From positions 84,444,001-84,508,000 of the forward strand of contig NC_059431.1 of assembly GCF_021028975.2 (NCBI RefSeq): 64,000 bases of DNA. The letters run 5' to 3'. Source of the stretch: Sphaerodactylus townsendi. Taxonomy: Eukaryota. The position numbers were made by a program, and so were the translations under genes. Below, piece by piece: positions 50,811-63,458 of this stretch. Each line of letters begins with the position of its first letter. Position 1 is the stretch's first letter. A model generated the notes under the pieces. It worked only from the letters and a program-made list of their open reading frames with translations, was not told the origin of the DNA and ran no database searches.

Positions 50811-53214
50811 AGTTCAGCTCACATAGCAGCCATTTCCTGCCCATGTCATCAATATGTATATCTGGGTTTACGCAGGTAGCCTATAAGATCTACTTGTACA
50901 ATCAGACTTGGGTGCATGTGAAAATTTCTATTTGTGCTGTTTGAAAGCAGCTTTTAGGAGTATACTGCCCATGTGTACACGATGTACACATCAGGTCATG
51001 ATCTTACCCACTGGAATGTTTTACTTTGAACAGCACTACTTGCATATCACAAATGTCTTTTGAAAGAATCATGAATTTGAAATCTTGTTACCCATGTGAC
51101 ATGAAGGGAAGCTGTTTGGAAAACACAAGTGCAAAATTCCTTCCTTTGGCTAATGGCTCATGGTATGGGTTTAAAGTCAGAATACAAGCCCAGAACCAGC
51201 CTGAACAATATCCACTCATAAATATTTGACATCCCGTTCTGACTTCTGGCTGGTCTTGCCTTGCTCCAGTGGAGGCTTGATGATAAGTTTAGCAGGAACC
51301 TCCTAATCAAGGTTGCAGAAAGTGCCAGCCAGAAGTCAGAACTACTCCTATTTAATATGCTCTGCCTTCCCTGAGCCTCTAGTGGCTGCAGCGCAGAACT
51401 GCATTAGGGTTTATTTTTAAGTATCTTGTGACTGCAGCCTGGCTCTAGCTTCGCCTCCAAGGGCCCTCTATCTGATTTAGGCCATGGAAATTGTGTCTCC
51501 CAATCCACCCCTCTCAGCAGCCTTGATCAGGTGGGGGGCAGCTTCCCATACCAAAGTGCTCTATTTTTGGTTTAAAAAAATACAGACACTTTACAAGTCA
51601 GTTACATCCCTGTGTCCACAATGCAACTCAGAAATATTATACTCAGAAATGTTTTGTATTGAAATGACAATTGGATTGATTTCCTTGTAACAACCAGCTT
51701 TAATTCTGATACTAAAGTTTTTAAAATGACAATCCAACTCCAACTTTTTTTTTAAAAGAAAGATGTAGTTCTTGAGATCATTTTCTAGACTGGGATCATT
51801 ATTTAGATTTCCATGACTACAGTTGATAATCAAGAGAAGAATCCAAGGCTAATTGGGCACAAGAAATGGAAAAGCTAACTCTGAATCTGGGATCTAATTT
51901 GTAGCTTCTGTGTCTAGAGCCCAACCTTGAACATTTTATTAAATACAGAGAATGCATACACTTTGAAGGAATTTTATGCAATCACTTAAGTAATACTTTC
52001 GGTGGGCAGATCTATATAGCAGAGATGTCCTTTTTCAGAAAGACTAAGTAGTTACTTCATTTATCACATTGGATCTTTGCTCCTCTGATAAATGTTCCCT
52101 TTCAGTGGTACTAAATGTCCATTTTCACCTCCAGATACCTTATGCTTTGACTGGGCTATAAGTGTTAAAGCAGAATATCAAGCCTCACATTAGTATTTTC
52201 CATTGAAGTTCAATAGTAGTCATGATTGAAAGTTTGCTTTTCACTCTTAATGTGATATATAAGCAATGAGATTTTCTTGCGTAAACATTTCTAGAAACCC
52301 AGAGGTACTACAGAAAATCATTAAGACAAGGGGGGAATAGCAAACTAGAAATTAAAGAATACAAACATATGTTTAAGCTCAATAAGTGTTTCTCCAATTA
52401 GAAAAATAATAAATCTGGTAAACTTTCAGAGGAAAAACTCAAAGAGCATAAATAAATGAGATTGATAAGTCACATTAAATTTGGCAGATGGCCCCATAAA
52501 CTAGAAGTGGAACAATTCTCAAAAAGAACTTGGTTAATTTCACTTAAACAATAAATAAATGTTGAAGAAAGTATTTTAAATGTTATATGTACCAGCAAAT
52601 CTGATGAAGAAAGAGTTCTGCAGACAAAGAGTTTAGCCCTAGCAGTAGATAAATCTTTTATATACCAATAAAACAAAGGGAGTAAACAGGCCCAGATTGG
52701 CTTCTTTACAGAAATTTGGCACCCAGGATATAGACTAAACAAAGAAAATATTACCCAGCCTTACACATAACGATCCCTAATTAACTTGGGAGTCATCTTT
52801 AACAACAAAAATCTGTTACTGAACAGCTACCATTGAAGAGTAACAATAAAATATTAAGATATAAAGATATCGTAGAGTTTTCCTCATAATTTGTTTTCAC
52901 AGTGTTTGTTCTTTGTTAATTTCTTCCCTTTTTATTTTAGCGAGAAACATCTGCATAAAACTTACATACTCTTTATTTCATGATAATTTCATCGCTATTG
53001 TTTGGAAAAGTTTGGCAAATCTTTAATCAGTAAAATCTTATCTCCCTTTTTAACGTTTCTATTTTGTGGGTCATATATTTTTGGTCATGCTGAACTAGTT
53101 CTATGAAATTCTCTTCCCTCTAAAACTAACTAATTGTTCATTCTCATGTTTTTAGTATGATCATCTTGTATAGTTACTGATAGCTTTTATTTCTTTCAGG
53201 CTTTATTCCTCATT

Positions 53215-53453
53215 GTGGTGAAAAGTGCTGTCAAGTCACAGCTGATTTGTGGCGAGCCCGTAGAGTTTTCACAGCAAGAGATGTTTGGAGGTGGTTTGCC
53301 ATTGGCTGCCACTGTGTAGGTTGGGAGAGTGCTGAGAGAACTGTGACAGGTCCAAGGTCACCCAGCAAACTTCTTGTGAAAGAGTAGGGAATCAAATCCA
53401 GTTTCTCAAATTGGAGTCCACTGCTCTTAACCACTACACCACACTGTCTCTTG
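53215..53453 (-). mobile_element. tRNA/CORE-headed SINE with an RTE-type tail
   Basis: Perfect 12-bp TSD ttattcctcatt (53203-53214 and 53454-53465). The head resembles the 41173 SINE and the tail resembles the 5S SINEs. Confidence 0.85.
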
Positions 53454-54128
53454 TTATTCCTCATTACTCAGCATTGTTGTAGTATCTTCCTAGTACTTCC
53501 TCCTTACTCCTCACTCAGAAGTAAGCCCAAAGCTATTCAATGGAGCTCGTTTATCCCAGAAAGTGTCTTTAGTATTGCAACCAACATCTCTTAATAATTT
53601 GTAATTCCATGTGCAGGAACTATTGTGACTTTAAAAAAACCCCAAGTACTATAAACTATAAATAAAGCCCATTGTGGGGGAAAATAAAATGGGCTGTAGA
53701 AAACAGGGTCTCCTGTTGGCAGCTCAGACCGTTCATTTGCCATCTTGATTGGGGGGAAGGAAAAGGGTTGCTGCTCCAGCCCCAGCACTGCCTTGGGCAA
53801 TGGTAGGAGGAGAGACCCCGGCTAAGGGGACTGGCCCTGATAAGCTCATACAGGGAAATAGCTGGCATGGTGGGGGCAGTCTGGAAGCATAGCTAGGGGA
53901 GGAGCTGATGTCAGTTGGCTTCTTCCTGGCCATTGTCCCCATTGCACTGGCAGCCTAAAAGGTGGCATAAATCAATTTGCCCCAATGGGGGCTTTTTACA
54001 TTTTAAACCTCCTCATGCCTCCAGGAAGCCTCCTTGGGAATGGCAGGCCAATGGCATGTGGACGGGCACCTGGCCATTGGATGAGGCTGTCCAGCTTTTG
54101 AAAGCCAGTCTATAACCTTATGTGCTCA

Positions 54129-54176
54129 CTGGGGTGCTGTGTGGTTTCCGGGCTGTATGGCCGTGTTCTAGCAACA
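54129..54176 (-). mobile_element. 48-bp Penelope-like fragment
   Basis: The minus strand tgttgctagaacacggccatacagcccggaaaccacacagc is homologous to 2601-2645. Perfect 11-bp TSD ttatgtgctca. Confidence 0.75.
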
Positions 54177-54354
54177 TTATGTGCTCAGTTATTAAATATT
54201 TCAAAGTCCCTGGACCATTGCGCTACCCCTTCCCCACTCTATTTGTTCTTAAACATTTCTTCAAAGAAAAATGCTAGTGGGAGTAACCATTACAAAGCTG
54301 TCTCAATGCCTTCCAACTTTGGTTAGCAGATAGCACAAGTATCTAAATATGCTC

Positions 54355-54454
54355 CATAAGAACATAAAAACAAGCCTGCTGGATCAGACCAGAGTCCATC
54401 TAGTCCAGCACTCTGCTACTTGCAGTGGCCCACCAGGTGCCTTTGAGAGCTCAC
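54355..54454 (-). mobile_element. CR1-type LINE 3' end
   Basis: cataagaacataa tail and gcctgctggatcagacca...ccatctagtccagca terminal motif. Confidence 0.7.
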
Positions 54455-55924
54455 AACAAAACATATTTGTTTAAGTCTCCCATGTGAATGTGCTTAAGCT
54501 TATGGTCCCGGCTTGAGTTGCCAGGCAGAGATATCAGGTGACAGCAGGGAGCTGAGTCCAGTGGGAGAGTCAGGTTTCAGAGTCAGAAGTCCGGTCCGAG
54601 GGTCAGAATGCACAGAACCCACAAGTCAGAAGAAGCGTTGCAGCAGTCATGAGCTTTGTTGCATCCAGGCCTTGAACCTGCTTGATATAGGCTCTTCTGG
54701 CATGTGACTCTGCTTCCCACTGCTGCAGAAGGTGCTGTTATGGCCTTAACAGGGGCAAGGGTTTTATTAAAGGGATTCTCCACCAGCTGCTAAAAGTATA
54801 ACAGCACACATAGGATTTTATAAGTAGCAAAGGGGAATGAGCTCTCACGTTGGCAGCGAGAGGGGCCAGGAGGAGATCTTTTAGACTGTATAATACGGGG
54901 AAGGAATTCTGGCAATGGATATTCCACAGAGAAGCAAGAGTCCAAATTGAGTTTAAAATATTTATATAAATTTGGTTCAAAAATACATACACACAGTAAG
55001 ACATAAGGGCACATACATTCAAGTTTCCTAGGATATAAGCAGGTTTGAAAGATAGATTGGATTATAGAGAAGGGAATGGGGGTTGTTGTGGGGTAATACG
55101 TTACCTAACGATTCTTAGAAGAGTAGAAGTAGAAGGCAGGGATTCCATGCCAGCACAGAAACCCAATGAAGGACGAATCCATGTCTCAACACCACAGCAA
55201 GAGAACATGTGGCAATGAGCAAAATGTTGCAGGTAAACTAAACTTTTATAAGGTGGGTCATTCCTTGATGGGAAAGGAACCAATCACACTACATTTCACA
55301 TCTGTGCTGGGTTTGGGGGTGCTGAGGTAATTAGTCAGCTCATCTACTGCTAAACCCGGGACAATCGGGCCAAAATTGCTTTGTTAAGCTAAACGAGGAA
55401 ATGCTGAAAGACTTCCATGCAGATTAACTCTTGAGAGTCACTGCCCAGGATATTCAGATTTAGCTGAGACATTTAGATCAGGATAAGGTGAGTGATTTAG
55501 GAGAGTCATGACAAAGGGAAGGAAATGCAGAGAAGCAACCCTTTGCTGCTAACTTGGTTTCCCAGAAGAGATAGTGAAATTCAGCAACTGATGCTAAAGT
55601 GGCTTTCCATATTCTTTGTTTTAACAGTATCTTTGCAAGGTGTGGTAATCAAGATCATGCCCACAAACAAAATGAGACCTCCAGGTTATGCTGGAGTAAC
55701 TCATTATCTTAGCTTTTGTTAAAGTAGTTTTGACCTTTTGGCTGTGGTCAGGTGATCATGCGGCTACCTTCACCCATAGGAGTGCTTTTGGCAACTGGCT
55801 TTTGCCAATATGATTTTAAAGCAGAAATATATATAAATAATATTCTGGGGGTCCTTCGGGTCGTTACAGTGCCTTCTCTAAGCTAGCAGTTAACACACAA
55901 CTCCCTCTGCCTCTGCCTTTGTTG

Positions 55925-56335
55925 GAGAACCATAATGCTTGCCAGGTTTAATGTTATGCCTTCTGCCTTGTTACATGGCCGATTTAACAAGCAAGAAAAG
56001 GCTAAAAGATTGTGCCCGTGTAATGATGGCTCAGTTGAATCTCTGGCCCACCAATTACTACACTGTTTCAGATTCAAGGAAATCAGATCCAAGTATGTGA
56101 ATCTTACTCCTTTACATTTACCCGATCTCCCCGATTTATTTAGATTACACTACTTGCTGGACAATCTTGATCCTTCTCTCTGTATGATAGTGGCAGACTT
56201 TCTCCTGGAAATTACTAAATGCCAGTAGATTTCCCTCCACTTAACATTTATTTCTTGTACTGAATATGTTTTTTTAATCAGTTTTTTTTTTACTATTGTT
56301 GTACTGTTGTCTATGCCAATAAAGGCTTGCTGCAG
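55925..56335 (+). mobile_element. 5'-truncated LINE 3' end with CCHC knuckle
   Basis: ORF 55935-56228 (RLCPC...AHQLLHC), ATGCCAATAAAGG, and 14-bp TSD ctctgcctttgttg at 55911-55924 and 56336-56349. Confidence 0.85.
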
Positions 56336-59091
56336 CTCTGCCTTTGTTGACATGTGGGCTCAGGTGAGCTAGGTGCTTGAATCTCTGCAGCTGGAGCAAG
56401 GCTGGATGCACGGCCTGCTTCTGCAGGCGCTTCTGGCTCTGAGTTTTGACCTGGCTGTTGTTCACCCTGTAATGCCTGCAGGGGCCCTGGCTGCTCCAAG
56501 CCCAGCCCTTGTTGGTTCCCAAACTGGTCTGGGCTTACTGGGCTCTGCTCATCCCCCAAAGAATCATCGCTCGCCAGAGGATGGCCCATGACACTTACCT
56601 TTGACTATATCATGCTCAGTATCAATAAATACTAAATATATGCAGGTGGATGTTTTAGTCATAAACTGTAAATAATGAGGTACCGTTTTACTATTTATAG
56701 ATGTCCTGAGCTATGCAACATTCTTCTTTCTTGTGATAGTACCACTGATGTTAATAAATTTAACCATTAAAATAATGTGCTTTTTCATGAGGCTGTAAAG
56801 CTTTCCTCAAGTAATGAAATCCATTTGAGAGGGCAACAAAATCTGTTTGAAATCCAGGCAGTAAATTAGCGGCTAGGATTTACAGAATAACAATTGCCTA
56901 ACATGGTTTGGAAGTGATGTGCCCAATGATGATGATTTGGGAACAGTAGGTGTCACTGTTATCATTAAACTGAATGATAAACCAACAGAAAGTAAACGTC
57001 TGTATAACATACATGCTATCTAATATGTTCAACATGAGCTAGGCTAAGGTGTTGGAAGGAGACCACCAGTCAAAGGGTTTTTTCAGAAGACTGGGTTTTT
57101 TTCCAGGCAATAAACAAGGAGTTTTTACTAATTTGTTACATGAGATCCAGAATTCTTTATCAAGGCAGGGCTTCTGTGGCTAGGATATTACATTCCACCA
57201 TTATTTAGAGTACATTCCAGTGTCACTGGTATATCCATTTCCCTGCTCATATTCATTGCTATTAAAGGGAGATTGAGTTTTATTTTGTATGTTCCATAGA
57301 CCCATATTTGGTGCTAGTTGGTATCTGTGGCATTGTCCACATTGTTAAACTGGTTTGCAATAGTTTGTACCTGCCTATCTCATCAAATAATCTGGGGACA
57401 AGAAAGAGGCTTTTTAAAAAATCCTAGAAACAGAATCCAAATAAGGAATAATTTTGGGATGTGGTGCATAAGTTGTCCTACTCATATTTTGAGAAAAACA
57501 ACTGGTGCAGATGCACGCTAAGTGTGATACACCAAGAAAAAAATAGCCGACACAAGTAATTTGTAAGTAAGAAAAACATAATTGCTTTGCTCTTGGCTTC
57601 AAAAGACTTTATGTTTGAACTGAGCTATGTCTGAAGCTCTGAGATTTACATCGTGGATTCAGAGCTAAAATGCAGCAAAGAGGGAGACCATGCCTTCTCA
57701 TTTTTCACGCTGAGCTCCAATACTTGCCAAATAATTCTTTGCAAATTTTGACTTTTGTCAAGCAGGCCTCTTCCAATTAAAACAAAAAGCCCAATGTTTC
57801 CTGAGAAACTCTCTGCAGGCTGCTCATTTCACTCCCATCCAGGAGAGCTCCCATCAATCAGTCATAGTGTCCTCTCTTTTGTGCTGACTCCTGCAAATAC
57901 TTGGAGGAGCCTCTATGATAATGGGCCACCATCCAGCTATGAGTATGACTCACAGGTAACGTGTCTCAAATGTCTTTGAAAAGGAACCAAGGAAGAAGTA
58001 TAGCACAGTTAACCAAATCCAATTTTTGTGTAACTACTCCACCGGCTCAAATATAAACGGTTACTAAACCCACTGTTTGGTAGTAATCTATACTGAAGCT
58101 TCTAGAACTTTATTCAAGATAATGTGGGCTAGGATTAGGTTATATATGTGTCAAAAGCAGGCACAAGATTAGGATTAATCCAAATCTTATAGAATGTATA
58201 GGTAGTACTCAAATATCCCCCCATATCCATAAGTTATCAATGTTATCTCTGTATTTCACTTCATTTTCCACCTTCAGATATTAAAAGCCTATGAGGTTAA
58301 TGTTCCCTCACTTTAAAAAAATCCCATTTTGTCACTTCTATTGTAACTTTGTACTCTTTTATAATTTCATTTCATAAATCCTTACAGTAAATCCAAAGAG
58401 AAAAAGAATGCTTTGCCTATGCCCAATTAGTGAATTTTATTAACGTGCTAGAATTTGAATGTGAATTTCCAATATTTCAGAAGCAAATCTGTAGAGTTTT
58501 TACTTCCTATAATTTTTATTCTGTTTCAGAACTAGATAACCTAAATGAATGTTCATATAACTTTTGGGGATCATGTTCACATGAAGGTACCTTAACTCTT
58601 TCACATCACCAACAATCTGATCCCCTTAGTTGGGGGGGGGGAGGGGGCTGAGGATTGAACCAGGGACCTTCTGCATACCAAATTGATGTTCTACCACTGA
58701 ACTATGTAAATTGCAATACACCATGGAAGGACAGTAGGGCTGTGGCTGAATCAACATGAAGATGTCAACCCAACAAGTATTGCCATGGTACGGTGGAGTC
58801 ATATTTAAACAGCAACAATATCTTTAATCAAAGTTGTAGGAAAATACTGCAGCACCTGTCATTTCCATCCATGTGCTGAAATGCATTAGTATCATTAGCC
58901 CATGCTGCAATAATGCCAGAGGAGATGTGCATTCAGATATGGTGAACATCTAAATCAAATCCTTTGTTTTCTTTTACATATTGAATATTTTACATCAGAT
59001 TGCTAATGATTACAGTGTAATCTGCAGAAACCTTTACTAATGGCCATTATTTGGCAGTTTGCTGCCTGTTTTTAAAAGTAAATTAAACCCT

Positions 59092-59569
59092 GGCCGCTTC
59101 TGCACAACCCAAAAACAGTGCACTAGGGACAGTAAAAACACCATCCCTGGGGTGCTGTTCACACAGCTGCTGCAGCTGCAGCGGAGCAGCACCGTGCTCA
59201 TCCCCCCAAACAACGTGAAAATGCTACTTTCAAAATTTGCTCAATTAACGAGGTTTTTGGAAAGCAGCATCTCCCCGTGGTGCCATGCAAACAGCACCGG
59301 GTGGAAGGTGGCATTTTCCTTGCACTACTTCCCCCCCCCCACCTCTTCTCAACTGCCATCGCTATACAGAGGCCAGGGGACCTGCCTCCTGGCCTCTGTC
59401 CCTGGAGGCATCGCCATGGTCACGGGGGCATGTCCCCTGGCCTCTATACAGAGACAGCAGCCGAGAGGAGCTGGGGACACCGTGTGAAGGCGGCCCCGGG
59501 GGCTGCACTGACTCCAAGTATGCAAGTATGCCAGTGCACCCCCACCCTCCTGCCCGTGCAGAAAGGGCC
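59092..59569. mobile_element. GC-rich Harbinger-like MITE (478 bp, more diverged)
   Basis: GGCCGCTTCTGCAC...GTGCAGAAAGGGCC with flanks cct/tct and an internal hairpin at about 59362-59451. Confidence 0.75.
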
Positions 59570-59879
59570 TCTGACTCCTCCCACGTCAAAGTATTTTTTT
59601 CTAGCCTGGCTCCAATATAAAATCCAAATGGTGAAAGAAAAAACACTGAAATAAACTGAGCACAGTAAGATAAGGCTGGTAAAAGTGTTTAGCTCCCCTT
59701 GTCTGTAAACTCCACTTTTGTTTAGAAATACAGTTCCTGCTCAAGAGCCATGTGTACTTTGTGGGCAGAAGGTCCTGGGTTCAATCTCTGGCATATCCAG
59801 GTAAAAGGAGCAGATAGCAAGTGATGTGCAAGGCCACCATCTAAAACTGGGAGCGCGACTGCCGGTAAGAGTACTATTC

Positions 59880-60070
59880 ACTTTTGAATGAATTACATCG
59901 GTCTCCTCTCCCCTGTTATAGATCACAACATCCCTGTGAGGCAGGCTGGGACAAATGTGGGTGACTGGTCCAAGGTCACACAGAAAGCTTCCATTGCAAA
60001 GTGAAAACTCAAACCTGGCAATCCGCAATCCAAGTCCAATACTATAACCACTAAACTACCACACTGCAAG
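59880..60070 (-). mobile_element. Degenerate MIR-like SINE
   Basis: ccctgtgaggcaggctggg...ccaaggtcacacag...aaccactaaactacc. Boundaries are approximate. Confidence 0.6.
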
Positions 60071-60139
60071 AGACCAGTGACTGCAAGAGACCAAGAGTCA
60101 GACTCAGTGTAAGGCTGCTTCGTGTATTCCTGTGTAAAA

Positions 60140-60480
60140 ATGCATTTCTTGTTGAACAGCAACCTAATACTTCTGCTTGCCACTTTCTGGTTATTCCCCC
60201 TGCACAAGGTGGGCCCACTTGCCTTCTATTAAAGCCCATTCTTTTTCTATAGCAGCTCCTACCTTTCAGAATGGGCTTCCTGAAGAAGTTAAGGGGGTGC
60301 TATCATTACAGGGTTGTATGAAGCTCTGTATGGCTGTAATATTCGTGGGCGTTAAACTGCAGGCTTAGTGGTGGGAGGGGGGTGTTGATGGGATTTTGGT
60401 GCGTTTTATATTTTTTTAATTTTGAAATTATAAGGTGTATAAGCCACAAAGGAATGGGTATAAATATTTTTAATAAATAC
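60140..60480 (+). mobile_element. Degenerate L2 3' fragment
   Basis: AHSFSIAAPTFQNGLPEEVK motif and an AT-rich tail. Confidence 0.55.
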
Positions 60481-62804
60481 ATGATAGGTGTACTAAATAA
60501 ATGTTATCTTTAATCATACGATCCTTTGAAATCAGTGGGTTGAGATCAGAGTAGCTCTGCAGCACAATTCTTAACAGTGTTATACCTTCTAAGTCCACTG
60601 AATCCAATTGGTTTAGAAGGGATTGCTCTGCTAGTCAGCACTCGCAGTAAGATTAAGAAGAGTGGCCCATATACTAATCTAAGGGATTCTGCTTAAAATC
60701 CTTGCTAGTTTAAGAGTATTCCCACAAAATAAAGAAATAGAAATTGGCACCAAACTTCAGTCTCCCCTGCCCCTGACTCCATAGCAGTAATCCTGCAAGC
60801 CAAAATAAAGCAGTTCCACATTGTAAAAGAGAGAAACATCCCTTGGAGACTAAGAAAACACGTAAAATGTAGTAAATGAAGCTCTGCTTATGCTGTATTT
60901 TAAATTCCTTGGGTTAATTTTGACCCTCATTTATTGGCGTCCTACAGAGAAAATGGAGGAATATTGTTTGGAAACACATTTGGAGGGCTTAACAGCATTG
61001 AGACAACATTAATTACATTCTATTTTGCAGGAAGAGATGTTCACCTTTGTTGAGGTCTGTAATTTTCTGGCACTGGTCCAATTGTAATACAACTATAACC
61101 ACATAACCAAGTTTTTTCTTCTTAAAGTTCAGGCAAAGTTTTTGAAAAGCACTTCCCTCAAGTCTTGTCAAGCATGAGTGTACAAAACGTTAGAATTATG
61201 AGTACCACAGAATATGAATCATCAAAGACACAAAATAATGGATTTGCAGGTTTTCCACATGTATTCATCACTTTCCCACAATGTATACAAGCACAGGTGC
61301 AATAGATTCCATCAACACCCTTGTGGAGACATGCCAGTAAAACATATGACAATAAGTAACTACATTTAAATCTTGCATGCTTCTAATCATCCTGGTATGA
61401 ACTTGCCATAGGCATATACAGGTAGAGCTTTGATGCGTACAATGAATGTACAAACTCCACTTCATATTTTCCAAAAACTAAATTTAACTTCAGAGACAAA
61501 AAAAAGTTCTCCAAAAAGAATGCAGCATTTTAAAGAATTGCTTAGCAAAGCCCAAAATGAGCCAAGTCATAAACGGTCAAATACAATTTTTATACAGAAT
61601 AATATTGCGTTTAAAACAATACAATAAATCTTCTCTCAGCTAATATTTAAGGCATTTACAAGTCTGAACCAAAGCCATCTCATCTGCACACTGATCATTG
61701 TGCTTGGCAGAACCTTATGCATTATGAATTGTACTGCACTTGTAATGATGGATTTCTACTAGCTGTCTTTGAAGAGACACTGATTTTCATTTATGCACTA
61801 AAAAAATGCACCAAAAATGTATTTGAAAAAAATGTACCGGCTGGAAAGCATTCATGCACTGCAAGGACTCCCAAGGGAATGCAGTTCATCTTTGTGTACT
61901 GTTTACACTGAAATATGTTGCACTGGCATTTTGCAAAAAATGCATTAAGGGGCATTTCTATAAAGGTGGTAGGGCTATTATGGAATGGTTCAGAAAGCTG
62001 TTTTAATCAATGGAATAGTACTCTGGACCAAACTGCTGGGTGTAGCAAGAGTCCCCAACCTTTTTAAACCTATGGGCATCTTTTGAATTCTAACACATGG
62101 TGGTGGGTACAACCAAAAAAATGGCCACATGGGAGGCTGAGTCAACCACACACATGGAGGAAACCCAAGTGCAAAGGATAAGAGGAGTACATTTTAAAAA
62201 TACACTGAGGAAAAAGGAGTCAGAGAGAGAATAAAACCAATACTATATTGGCAGTTGTTGCTGAAATTTAATTTTAATCTGCACAGCCAATTAGATTTCA
62301 AATGGGCAAGTAGGAGCACTACTGGACAGAAGCTCTATCTGACTCCACTTACTTTCTGTAGTATGGTGTATAGCATGTATTATCTGTGCTGTATATATTA
62401 TCTTGCTTTCACTATATTGTGTTTGTTCTTATATAATGTTGTCTTCTGCATTGTTTAAGGTTCAATATTTTTACTTAGTTTCAAATTTCTGCTTATTTCA
62501 GCTTTCAGCAATCCTAATTCTATTACACTGCTTATTAGATGTCTCATCCTATTGATTGCATTGCATGACCCACCTTCCGTGAGAAAAGCAGATTCTAGGT
62601 AACACAAATAAATAGGTAACCCTAAAAATTGGGGATATCAGTGTTGCAAGAGACAGGTGTTGTTTTCCCCATTACAGTTTTGCTGACTGCAGCCAATTTG
62701 TTTGTTTCATAATTCAATAGGACCAACTGAACATTAAGCCTCCTGTTTTCCACATAGCAGCATCTGGGGCTGCTTTCCTTTCCCACTATAGAATGTGACT
62801 ATCA

Positions 62805-62889
62805 GTCAGTCCTAGACACAGTTATACTCTTCTTAGTCTGTTGACATCAGTGGGGTTAGAACAGTGTAACTCAGTTTAGGATTGCACTG
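62805..62889. repeat. ~85-bp palindromic mini-element (also at about 526-607, 1821-1901 and 60560-60630)
   Basis: Arms CAGTGCAATCCTAA.CAGAGTTACAC and GTGTAACTC.GTTTAGGATTGCACTG recur in degenerate form. Confidence 0.6.
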
Positions 62890-62899
62890 AAAAAGAGAA

Positions 62900-63140
62900 A
62901 ATGTATTTATTTTATGCATTTACTTCATTTACACACACACTTCCCTTTAGCCTGTCATCCCAATTGGGACCCCAAACAACTTACATCATTCTCTTGTCCT
63001 CATTATTGTCTTACGAACAAGCCTGTGAGGTAAGTTGGGTGAAAATATGCAACTTGCCCGAGCTTCCATGCAGAGTGGGGTTTCAGACTTGGGTCTCTCA
63101 GATCCTAAAGTGATAATTTTAACCAATACATCACACTTGG
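62900..63140 (-). mobile_element. Degenerate MIR-like SINE
   Basis: cctgtgaggtaagttggg...cttccatgcagagtgggg...aaccaatacatcacac. Boundaries are approximate. Confidence 0.55.
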
Positions 63141-63404
63141 TGTCAAGAACCTAGGTCAGCTTTTACATAAAGGTAGGTAGACAATGTGTTCAGTAACTCT
63201 TAAACAAAGAAATATGTATGTGTAGTCTGACTGTATGCCCTGATTTAATAGTCGGTCTCCCACAGTCCCATTAGACTTCTCCAGCAACTCAGCAGTAAAG
63301 GAAACCCACTCTGGTCATCATCAATATGGCAAGTGAAATTCTTAAAGGCATCTCTGCTATTAAGGAGCATCTTGCTTATTTGTTAAAATTGGTGACTACT
63401 AATT

Positions 63405-63407
<3 letters not shown>

Positions 63408-63458
<51 letters not shown>
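63408..63458. repeat. (ATTG)n microsatellite, probably the tail of a minus-strand L2-like 3' end
   Basis: About 12 perfect units followed by atcccactatccctcaccgtagcaagcccagagcagctcac. Confidence 0.9.

Noticed and set aside
58648-58705. tRNA-like sequence (also 59745-59800 and 41173-41240)
   Set aside because: Only A/B-box similarity and no complete cloverleaf, so these are SINE heads.
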